DNA of 57,889 bases, the filler included, from Sphacelaria rigidula (lineage: Eukaryota), in NCBI GenBank assembly GCA_964200075.2. It is 5 parts of 5 records of this genome, joined end to end, with 100 filler letters (N's around TTAATTAATTAA, not from the genome) between each part and the next. Parts side by side here need not be neighbours in the genome. Positions count along the whole stretch, not along the records: positions 34,796 to 46,292 come from CAXNAA020004863.1; positions 46,393 to 57,889 come from CAXNAA020004864.1; 3 more parts are not named here. One strand, given 5' to 3'. Of the stretch, positions 38,299-49,500 are shown piece by piece. A model generated the notes under the pieces. The model worked only from the letters and a program-made list of their open reading frames with translations. It was not told where the DNA came from and made no database searches. Each line of letters opens with the position of its first letter. The first letter of the stretch is position 1. The translations under genes and the position numbers were made by a program.

Positions 38299-41131
38299 AC
38301 AGGCAGATTCACAGAACCTATCTATACGATCGTACCAGTTCCACAGCACAGTTGAGCAGACCCGCCGGTTTATCGAACAAATATTTGAATTCACCCGCGC
38401 ACAACAGAGACGACGCATCATTGCGCCCGCGCAGCACACGGTACGACACGCACACGCAGGGCAACAGCCCCCCCACACAGACAAGCCATCACCAGCAGTA
38501 CTCAAACTATTCGTACACGCTTGGAAGGCAGGTAACCCACCTACATTTGTGTGTACACATCAGTTGTTTTTGGTAGATACATACTTCTCAGACAGGACAG
38601 CACCGCGAACATTGTTCGCGATACAGATCAACGTGCGGTGAACACTACCGTAATATTTGAAGCGACTGCAGCGTGTGTTGCTCTCAACGTCCTGAACATG
38701 ACCAACTTTACCGTCTGCATAGATGTAAAACAAACTCAATTGCGTTGCTCTTATTTTTGTACCTACTGCAAGGCCAGAGTGTACCAAACCAGTTATGTTT
38801 TCGTGTGTACAGATTTCTTGCTTTTGACACATTCATCCTCCTCCAAGGTTACATGCTTCAACACATTTGTGGGCGTGTGGGGGGACTGGCGTGGTTTCCG
38901 AAAACATGACAGCGAGGAACAATAGCCTTGAACATCCGTTCCATGGCGACACCGCAGTAAACACTTATGCAGACGGTAAAGTTTGTTATGTTTAGGGCTT
39001 CGAGTACGACACATGCCGCAGTCATTACAACAAATTAGGGTGCTGTCTGCGCTGTTCTATCTGAGGAGGATATTGCGACCAAAAATAGTCAATCTGTACA
39101 CACCAAAGTAGCTATTTCGGCACACTCTGGCCTTGTACAGGTAGATACAATAAAAAGAGCAATGTGATATAGTATGCTTTACATATGTGCAGGCGGTGAA
39201 GTTGTTTATGTTCAGGGCTTTGAGAACAACATACGCTGCAGTCACGACGATTGTTACAGTGTCCACCGTACGTGATAGTCTGCAAGGGCGGGTCGGGTAG
39301 GGTATGTACTTTGAATACTCGAGTAAAATACCCGGGTATTTACTTTACCCAAGGGTTGGGGTTGTTAGGTAAGACCTCCAATACTTCACCGAATTTTTTG
39401 GTATATTCTGGTAGATTGGGTACGGCCTCAAATGATCTACCGAATTTTTGGGTAGATTGGATACGACCTCAAACACTCTACCCAAATATTGGGTAAGCAC
39501 TCTCAGCAATACCTGGGGATCGAGTATCACCTGGGTATGACCGCAATCCTCTACCCAAGGTTTGGGTAAATTAGGTACGAACTGAAATACTCCACCCAAA
39601 GTTTGAGTACATTGGGTACGATCTCAAATGCTATACCAAAACATTTGGTGGATTGGGGACGACCTCAAACACACTACCCAAATTTGGGCGAAGCAGTCTC
39701 AGCAAAACCTTGGTATGGAGAATCAATTGGGTATGCCTTCAATGTTCTACAAGTACCCCAAATTTGAGTAGTATGTTGGGTACGATCTATGATACTAACC
39801 CCAAATTTTGGGTAGATTAGGTACGATCTCAATACCTACACCAAACATTGGGTAAGGCCGTGTCATAGCACATCATTTTTCCATCGAAAAGAACGTGCGG
39901 TTCAATCCTCGTGGGTTGGATCCAAGTGGATTTGCAAGCTTGCGATCGAAAAAAAGACTAAAATTCGCGAAGCGGTACTTGTTCGCTTCTCTACAGCACA
40001 GTACTGTACTGCCTGCGCTGTATGCGTACAGCGTGCCTGAGTGAGTGTGTGCATGCTTCGTACAGTAGGATGTGGAAGAGAATCAGGCAACGTGCAGTGC
40101 AGACAGCGCGGGACTATCTGTACTCTCTGCCCGCAGTGCAACATGAAAAGGACTTGAACAACGTGCAGCTTCGTACTGCCTGCGCTGTCCACGAGCGTAC
40201 GCAAGTCGGTCGTCCACCCTACCACGCAGTTCCGTCGCCGATCCTTACCATGAAAAAAGATGCCCAAGTTTTCGTCGGCAAAAAAGCACATCATACCCAA
40301 CTGCTAGAGTGTATCTATCCCTGTGCCCAACTCGTGCTCTATGCTGCAGAGTTGCGGTGGTGGCTGAGAATGAATTCTGTAGGGGTTGTATGATTTTGTG
40401 AACGGGTGGTATCTGGCGTGGTGCTCTACAAGATGGGAGTCAAGTGCCCCTTCGCCGTTTTTCTCCGTATGTTTTCGATCGAAAAAGCCAATGACAGGTC
40501 GGGTAGAGTATGTACTTTTGAACACTCGGGTCAAATTCCCGGCTATTGACTGTACCCAAGATTTGTGTAGATTGGGTACGGCCTCAAATACTCTACCTGA
40601 GTTTTGGGCAGATTGGGTACGACCTTAAATACTCTACTACCCAAATACTGGGTAAGCACTCTCACCCACCTGGGTATCGAGTATCACCTGGGTATAACCT
40701 CAATACTACACAAGGTTTGGGTAGATTGGGTACGACCTAAAATACTCTACCCAAATGCTTGGGTTCTATAGTAAGAGTATGACTCTTCAAGATACCGAGT
40801 ATTGGGTATACCCTACCCGATCTGCCCTTGATAGTCTGTACTGCGAACAATGTTTGCGTCACTGTACTGTCTGATGATTATATGTCTACAAAAAGCAAAC
40901 AATTTATACACACATAAGCGGCTGGGTTGCCTGCCCGCCAAGCGTGTACGATAAGTTGAAGGACTGGTGGTGGCGGTTCGTCTGTGTGTGTGGGCAGTTA
41001 CTGTGCGTGTCGTTATGATGCGTCGTCTCTGTTGTGCGCGAGTGAATTCAAAAGCATGTTGGTTAGACCGGCGGGTTTGTTCAAACGTGCTGTGGAATTG
41101 GTCGACAAGCAGGTTCTGTGAATTTTCCTGT
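38299..41131. mobile_element. Foldback element with ~530-bp imperfect inverted arms
   Basis: 38299-38830 is the reverse complement of 39060-39282 plus 40831-41131 (e.g. gaattcacccgcgcacaacagagacgacgcatca versus tgatgcgtcgtctctgttgtgcgcgagtgaattc). Confidence 0.85.
39283..40830. mobile_element. Composite non-autonomous hAT-like element (8-bp TSD) nested in the foldback arm
   Basis: TIRs CAAGGGCGGGTCGGGTAGGGTAT / ATACCCTACCCGATCTGCCCTTG; perfect TSD ATAGTCTG at 39275-39282 and 40831-40838. Internal gggtagattgggtacgacctcaaatactctaccc repeats. Confidence 0.92.
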
Positions 41132-41139
41132 ACAGGTAG

Positions 41140-41700
41140 ATTAGGCCCTCACTTCTAAGGCATGCCGAAGGGGGGTCTAAGGCAAATCGTTTAAGGCAAG
41201 TCTCAGGCAAAACAGTTGGCCTCAGCCAAGTGCTAAGGCATGCCTTGCCCCGTATTCATGCCTGAAATACCCTAGTTCAGAGCTCGGGATGCCTGAGACT
41301 CGCCTTATACTTGCCATAGGCTTGCCTTAGAAAATCACTCCGTTTACCGGAATAATTGGAGTGGGCGTTGTCATGAGTTTGACTTATTACTAGTGTTTCT
41401 GTGGTATAACGTGTGTGCCTTTGTTAAACAAGACATCTCGGGCATAAAACACCTTATCAGGCGACCCCTTTTCAAAAAGGGGCTCTAAGGCAAAAAGGAA
41501 AACCCCGGTATCCCGGCTAATTGGAGTTGGCGTCGTCATTCGTGTGACTTACTTTCATTCTTTGTTGTAATATATGTGTTTGCCTCTCCCAAACAAGGCA
41601 TCTCAGGCGCCATACCCCTTCTCAGGCGACCCCTCTTTGAAAAGGGGCTCTAAGGCAAAAAGTAAGGCACGCCTTGAGAGTCAGGACCTGAGGCAGATAA
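41140..41700. repeat. TAAGGCA-rich repeat with an internal ~165-bp duplication
   Basis: taattggagt(g/t)ggcgt...caggcgaccc...aaaaggggctctaaggcaaaaa occurs twice. Confidence 0.6.
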
Positions 41701-42988
41701 ACGCCGCCCGTATTGAAGACGTCATAGACAGATCGGACCTGTGCCGGACCGCTGCTGGACCTCTGCTAAACAGAACACACGCTCCATCCAAAGCTACCTA
41801 GGTTTAGTATGCGACAGCTGTAATTTTTTCATCGCCTCGTTCTCGACACAGGAAGGAAACCGGTCTGTAGCACTGCACACACACCCGCACACACACTAGC
41901 CCTCGCGACACAAGGAGCAGATTTGACCAAATCGCCTCAGCCGACCCGAAAAGCCCCAACGCGTTGAGAGAAACGCGTTGTTAAGTACACTTGGGTTTAG
42001 TGCAGCGGTCTGCAGAGTGCTGCGGCCTCTGCAGTGCGCGTTCCAGAAAACTGTCTCCTCCATAGTCGCTAGTACCGGTGTGGGGGGGAAGTACACGCAT
42101 CAACCGCAGTCCAATCCTCTGCTCGGTTGTCGAGAAAATCTCGTTGAAATATAGGCACAACAACAGGCTGCAACAAGAGGGGTACAGCAACAACACGAGC
42201 AACAGGTTCCATCCTCCTGTTGTTGTAACCCTGTGTACAGGTGTATAGCAACGTTAGTCACAGGTTCGTTGCAGAATGTACTATATTAATAGAACATTTT
42301 GTATGAGCGTCGTCGCCATGTCGGGTGACGCTTGTTTTCGTGATTGATACTGATTGGCTCATTTTGGGTTACATTTCTTCAGCATCCAACTGACTGTGTA
42401 GTTGGTCGGTCCATTTTCCCGATATACAGTGCCCAAAAATCGGGGCCGATTCACGGGCATAACTGTCTGCAGTATGTTCGTTGTCGACGGAAAATCTCGG
42501 TGGACGGGATGGGCGGAGAAGACCAAAAATAAGCTTCAACACAGTCGTTGCATCAGTACTCACGGTTGTTCGCTGCGTCTGTTTTTGATTTGAGTCAACC
42601 GCCTATGTTGGCGTGCTAGTGTCTCATGTTCGTGTGTCCATCACCTCCATTATGATGAGGCCTTGCGCATGTGCGTGAAACGCTGTCAGCACGGGGTTGT
42701 TTATTGTCATCTACATTGACCCACCCCGCCCCTTTTACCGTCAGTTGTTTGTGTTCTGTTCTGGTTCTGGTGTGTGCCAGTTAAGGATGTGCATCGAGTG
42801 TCGTTGATCATTTATCGTAGCAAGCCAATTTTGGTGCTCAGTACATGGACATTTGGAGATGCTAGTTGATATAGATCACGCCATCAAATGTCGTTTCGCG
42901 CCGATTCTCAAGCCTGATACACACCCCTAATTGCCAATACGGATCATTTCTCAGGTGGTTCGGTTTCTGATGAGTCATCGTCCACCGA

Positions 42989-43238
42989 AGACTGCTGCAG
43001 AGATAGCCCCCCCCAAATCGGCCATATAAGTGTACGGGGGCGATGATCATAAATGCCGTTAGAGCTGGTTTCGTGCTGCACTACGCGACTCATTTGGGCG
43101 TTTTAGCTGATTTCGGACTGCTGCACGCCTCTCATGTGGGCGAAATTGCTGCAAACGAGCCCAATAGTGAGATCGCAGGCGGTATCTCGGACGGTCTTCA
43201 GTGCACTTTTTGTGGGGGGGCTATCTCGGCATTAGTCC
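42989..43238. mobile_element. MITE family 'GGACT' copy 3 (TSD GA)
   Basis: AGACTGCTGCAGAGATAGC8...G7CTATCTCGGCATTAGTCC, flanked by GA...GA. Confidence 0.9.
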
Positions 43239-45912
43239 GAACCTAAAGGCGTGCACTTGACCGTAAATCATGGGGCTGCTCTGTGTGGGCTTGGATGTTT
43301 TCCCTTGTGAAAAATGCCGATTTTGACGATTTGGCTGTGGGTTTTACCCTACCATAGGGCGTGGTGAGATTGTGCCGCCCCTGACACACTTGCTGCATTA
43401 TCCGAGGATGATTCTAACGAACTTGACCGATTTTTCCCATGGCCGATTTGACCTTTGGCCGAACTGGCGACTTCTCAAACCACCCAAGTAAATCTTCAAA
43501 TTCTCAAAAGAGAGAAAAAAACAATGTATAACTCACAGAAACAGTTTCTTTTTGTTAAGCCCCGTTGACATTCTGGCTGATCGCTTGTCTTCTCATTTGC
43601 ACGACCGAAATTCCTGCGAGCTGAGAAAAAAAAGCGCGAACGAAGCACACCGATTTTTTTGTTCTTGGTAGATACGCGTTCACCCCTGATGAACAAGCTC
43701 TTGATAACAATCTTTAATTCGCCATGACTGGAAACATCCTTTGAGCTGTTGAAACGAAAAGGCGTGAAGCACTCACAGAAACATGATGTTTGAGGGGGTG
43801 GATGTGAAGTCGGTAGTCTAGCTGAAGGCCAAAGTGGGCGTACGAAAGGTGGTATAATAGAATGCGCTGGAATCTTCCACGCCCTGGAGAATAGGTAGTC
43901 AATATGCCTATACTTTACGCAGTACATTTTTTCTTTTGTAACTATTGGCCATATATTGCCCAGGGTGTAGATCTTCCCAGAGAAGACGTGTGAATATTTT
44001 CAAAGGTAGCACGATCCGCCAAACGTTTTTTTTTTCAGGACCAAAATCGGTACCGAAGCGTCAAAATCGACGTTTTCAGATATGCTTCCTCTAGATCCAC
44101 TTCACAAGAAGCGGCCGAAGATTCCCCCATATTATCGCACGAAGAGTGGTAATCTTATCTTATCGCAATACCGTCCGCGGGTTGTGAGCAACCCGGCGGG
44201 TGTAAAGTTTGAACATAGGGTTCCGTGTTTTTTCACGTGACGCGTCAACAGGGCGCGTCACACCACTAACCCGTCCCGTATGCGATACTCAATAAACTCA
44301 GGGTTAGGCCGGTACTCAAGTGGTGAAATGAAACGGGGTCCGAATCAGTATCTAGTATGGAACCGGGTTGATTAAGTCGCAGTGCTGTACAACGAAATGT
44401 ACGGCTTGCGCAATGAAGTCCATGGGGCATCAGCAGTCCTCCCGCCCCCGCCCTTCCCCCGGCCCTTCGAGTAGATGGTGGTATTGTCAAGGCAGTTACT
44501 CAAAAGTCGATTCTTGGCTGATTCCTGGGTGCACGTACCCCGATGTTTTGCTGCTCAACACGTTTCTCGAAATTCGATGCTTGAGCCACTCGTGCCTGTG
44601 TTGAAAATGTCTCAATGGGTCACCACAACCTTTTCTAATCTCTGAATTGTAGATGAATAACACCGTACATGCCCCACTTGGACTACTAGTTTTGACGTCC
44701 GTACGTCAAATAGGGGGCAGTTCCTTTGCACTTGCATTCAAGTAACTGACCCACATCTCTCGGGGGATACGTACTATCACCTTCAATATATGTGATCCGT
44801 TGTTCTTCGGGTACAGTTCAGCAAGGTCTCATTTGGCGTGTAGTGTCTCCCTCCCCCCCTCCCCACAAACCTGGTCCGGCGAAAACCCGGCGTGCTCCGT
44901 CCCGACTTTTAGGGATGAGAAGCCAATGGCCAGATGACTGTGGCATGGAAGATCATGAGTACCCCCTCTTGCCCACCGCCCCGAAGGTTAGGGAATAGTA
45001 TAGGTATGAGCGTAGGGAAAGGAACTAAGGTCACAATCAGTCTCTTCGAGGCGGGGCTGATGGACGTCACAGTTCATAGCATTGTGAAGCCTATGATTAT
45101 GTTTCATACATTCATACAGTATTACAATGATGTATGCGCACAGTTGGTGAACACTTATGGCAATCGCGAAGTGCTTGCGATATTTTCTGCCATACTTGGA
45201 GTAGCCATGTACAAACTTCAGTACACGAAGTGATCAGGTGTTACCATATGCTACAGGTACACGGAATCAAGATCCGACGTGCTACGCCGTGAAACGGTTG
45301 ACTGAAAACCTGACGGTTTTTTCTTCAAATTCAATGTTCTTGGCAAATTTCTAGTAGTGTAACAAAAGCTCCTCCCCGCACCCCCGTGAGCCTGGTCCGG
45401 CAAAATCCCGGCGTGCTCCGTCCCGGCTTCGTAGGGATGCGAGGTCGATGATCTCATGACTACGGCATGCAAGGTTATGAGTACAACCCCCCCGGGCGCC
45501 CCCATCTCCTTCCCGCCCGCTTCCGACTCTCTTGTTGCTCACTTTCTGGCGCGTTTCTGTTGTGTAAGCGCACCCCGTGTTGGCCCTTTGCTTATTCTTT
45601 CTATTGCTGGTCTTGCGTTGGCATACAACACTGATTCAACGTGGCAAACCGCAGCTCAAGGGCGACGGTAGAAGCAGCCGTAAAAACAACAGAACGTCTA
45701 CGGAGAGGGACACTGCAAAAAACAATCAGTCGTAGCAACGAGAACAAAAAACAAAACTTGATGACAGTTTCCGGAAGGACAAAAAAAAAGTCAAAGAAAT
45801 GAACGGAAACAGAAAGACCCCAAGAAGAAGATCAGTATAGCAATGAATATTCGAAAGGAGAGCGCACATCCAGGAGAGGATACTCACGAATTAAACCAAG
45901 AAGAAAACAATA

Positions 45913-46266
45913 ATGGAAGAACGGCGACCAACCGTGGTGTACGTTCCGCACCCTGCAGAGATGGCGGATGTGCTCGCGATGGTGGACAGCGCGATGGGCT
46001 TGCATGACGCATGGAACGCCAGGTCGAAGGGGCAGAAGGAGGGCAAGAAGAAGAAGAAGAAAAAGGGCGGCGACGAAGAAAACAGCGAGCAGTCGCAAGA
46101 GGTTGTGGTGCAGCAGCCTGGCACCCCACTCACGATGGTGACGGGCGGAGCGATCGCGGGCGCAGCCCCCGGTACGGTTTTGATGATACAGCCTCCGCCC
46201 GTTGAGCTTGGGTCGGTTGTGATCGTGAATCAGCCGTCCCAGCAACCTGACACGGTGATCGTCCAG
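45913..46266 (+). CDS. Probable first coding exon of an unknown protein (Lys run, then Pro/Val/Gln-rich region); the rest lies beyond the spacer
   Basis: 118 open codons with a GC3-rich bias from ATG to CAG|gtgtgt donor. Confidence 0.65.
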
Positions 46267-46503
46267 GTGTGTGTGTGTGTGTGTGTGTTTGGNNNNNNNN
46301 NNNNNNNNNNNNNNNNNNNNNNNNNNNNNNNNNNNNTTAATTAATTAANNNNNNNNNNNNNNNNNNNNNNNNNNNNNNNNNNNNNNNNNNNNCAACAGTC
46401 TTATGACCATGGCATGCATGATCATGAGTACACCCCCCCCCCCTCGAAAGGAAAAACAAAAGGCCTACGGGATCGCGGGGCGCGGGGGGACCATATGCAT
46501 CAC

Positions 46504-49500
46504 CTCTCCGGGCGTCGTGTCGTATACGGCGTCCAGTAAACGCTGCCCCCCCGCGAACTCCGGCAAACCATGCCTGCCTCGGATGGTCTGCAGCACTTGA
46601 AACGGAAGAGCTGTGTTCTGTCCGCTCTCACAAGCCGAAACTCCCCCCGCAGGCAGATCGAACACGTCAACCCCCATGACAGACTCCAGCGTTTGCGCCG
46701 ACAGCGGCGGAAAAGTGCCGTAGTCGTCGTCGGGCAAATCGCCCGCTGTCGAAGACTGTTGCTTCTTCATGCTGCTGCCCTGATATCGGAGGGGAAACGA
46801 CGGTACGCCAAAGAGAAGATTATCTGAGTGACATGTGGTGTACTGAATAATAGCGAACACTAACCTACGCCGGTGCTAACGCCTTTCTTGAGTTACCATA
46901 TGCACAATAGTCGGTGAGTCTCATGATCAACCACCGTTTGGACAGCACTATTTTCATCGCGTTAGAAGCCTTTGCTGCACAGTGTTTCCTCAACAACGTC
47001 TGGGAAGTTTCTGTAGTAAGTCACTGCCCCGACATTTCCGCTGTACTGTACATGACGGTCGTTAAAAACAACATGACAAACAACGATAATAAAATGAGCG
47101 GAAGACTCGAGCTAGTCGGCGTGGCTGTGGTCGTGAGCGGCGGCGGCGAGGGGGTTTTCGTGCATGCCGAAGTCGAGACCATTGACCTCGCATCCCTACA
47201 AAGTCGGGACGGAGCACCCCGGGTTTTCGCCTCAGCAGACTCGCAATCAATCACCAGGCGCAAAGCGCCGGTACGTGGTCAGCGAGTTGCCTGAAGGGTG
47301 AGCTGTATATTGCCACAATTGTTCGACTTGAGGCGTACTGATCATCTTCCATCCGACGGCGGCGGGGAGGGGGGAGGGGAGGGGGTACTCATTTGTTGCT
47401 TGCCTTGGTCGTTTGACCATTGACCACGAATCCCTTACGAAACGGAGCACCGTTCCTACTTCTAATAGAGATACCTCCAACATTCCGGTGCTCATTACAT
47501 TTCTTCGATACATTTCACGAAAACCTTTTGAATATCTCATCCCCGTCCTGTTTCGCCGTACGACGGGGAGGGGCGTGTGTGTGGGGAGGGAAGGGGCAGA
47601 ACCCCCGTCCCCACTTCCTTCGTTGCAGATTTTTACTTGCGAAAATAAATAATCAGTCGTGGATTGTAAGGACGAATTGTTTATTGTGCTAAAAACTACG
47701 CAAGGTTGAGTCATGAACCCTTTATTTTTGCAACATAGAGTGGAAACATGAAGCTTTCGTAGCCTTCATGTCAAAACGTGTACGAATGTGGAAGATACCT
47801 CTTTGCAGAGACATATTAGAGACTGATGCCACACATGTATGAAGAGCCAGCGCAAGCAGGGACAAGGTAGGAACGGTCCGGAAGGACCAGATTACCGAGG
47901 ACCCTGTAATGCCGACGTAAATAGACAACTCGGGGTGATGCCAGGAAGAGCCTGATATTAGGGCAGTCCAACATCCCCCGAGGTACTGGTTGCCCCTGGC
48001 GACCACTTCTCGTCTAACCCAACTTCTTGCCTACATATACAAGAGGAAATCATCGCCGGCCTCGGGGTTCTTTCGGCATCAGGACGGCAGTCTCCCCCGT
48101 AGGTCTCTAACTACTCTACCGATACGCCTTCCTCACACGTATACGGATGTAAATATAGTGGTCCGCCAGCGTGCCGCGGGATTGTTAAGTAGATTTGTCG
48201 ACACTCTTGAAATGAGCATCTTGCCGCTGCGTTGCTTCGCTGTTGCTGTCTCTTTTCTGTGGTATTTTGTTCTGTTTACCTCACCGGCTTGCTTGCCCTG
48301 CAGGTGGCTGCACCGCGCGATTCGAAAAACATGCAACATTTCAGTCACTGCCGTTATTCAAGGGTGCTCTCAGCTATACTAGTCATTGTTCAAACACGGA
48401 ATGAATTTGATTTGATCGATTTGTGCGTCCTATGACTATATCTGGGGGGAAAAAACATGAAAATTTTCATGGCGACGATATAACCGTACTGTACGTTTCA
48501 CGGCGGCTTTCGACGGCGCCGTTCCGAGAGTGCAATATCCTTTGACTGAAACGCAAATACATGACGAAACGACAAAATGGCATCCTGTCCTACGGAGAAG
48601 AAGCCTACGTACGCTGTGGGCGCTTGAGCTCGTTTTGCTCTTGGATTTTTTCTTGGCTTTGCTCCTCTTCGTTGATTTCCCTGCTTTCATGGTAGTTGTC
48701 GTAGCATGCCCCTGCGTATAGCCCCTTGTTCATTGCGGGACGGAGGATGGGGGGAGGGAAGGGGGAGGGGAAAGCGGGCAGATGAATGGAACATGATATA
48801 TGGAGGAGAGCAGAAGTAATTAACTGCTCTCCTACCATACAATGAATCGAGCCGTCCCACAAACAGCACACCTCACATACCTTACATACCCGCCAACACG
48901 CTTGACATTAACACAGCTTGAACACCATACATGATAGTCTAAAAACACTTTTGGGGGTGCATACCTCCATTGTGAAACCTTCGATTTCCTTCCGATCTGT
49001 CTGACTGTTCTCTATGTGTGGGGGCGTACTCATTTGTTGCTTGCCTAGGTCGTGTGGCCATTGACCAGGGGTGTGTCTAAATTCTTCACACATGCGACAG
49101 AACAGAACAAACAATTTGCATGTTTTAGGGGTTTTTTTTTCCTAAAACATGTCCTTGTTGTACGCGAACCGGATATTTGACAACATTTGGGAGGGTTGCT
49201 TCTGAACTGAACGCGGCATCTGACAACGATTTCGCAACTACTCTCAACCGAACGCAGTATCTGACGGCGTTTTGAAACGATGTTCTATCATAGATAAACT
49301 ACAATAGCTGACGACGTTTTCAATATTGCCCTAAATAAGCAGATATCCCACGACATGTTGGAATTGTTTTGAACTGAAAGCAATATCTGACGAACGATTT
49401 CGCGATTGTTCTCCACCGGATGCACTACTAATATCTAACAGCGCTTTGAAACGTTCCAGATCGAATTCAGTATCTGATAATGTTTTCAAAATTGTTCTAC

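Noticed and set aside
46266..46504. Apparent convergent or overlapping gene pair
   Set aside because: Separated by a synthetic spacer, so adjacency is not supported.
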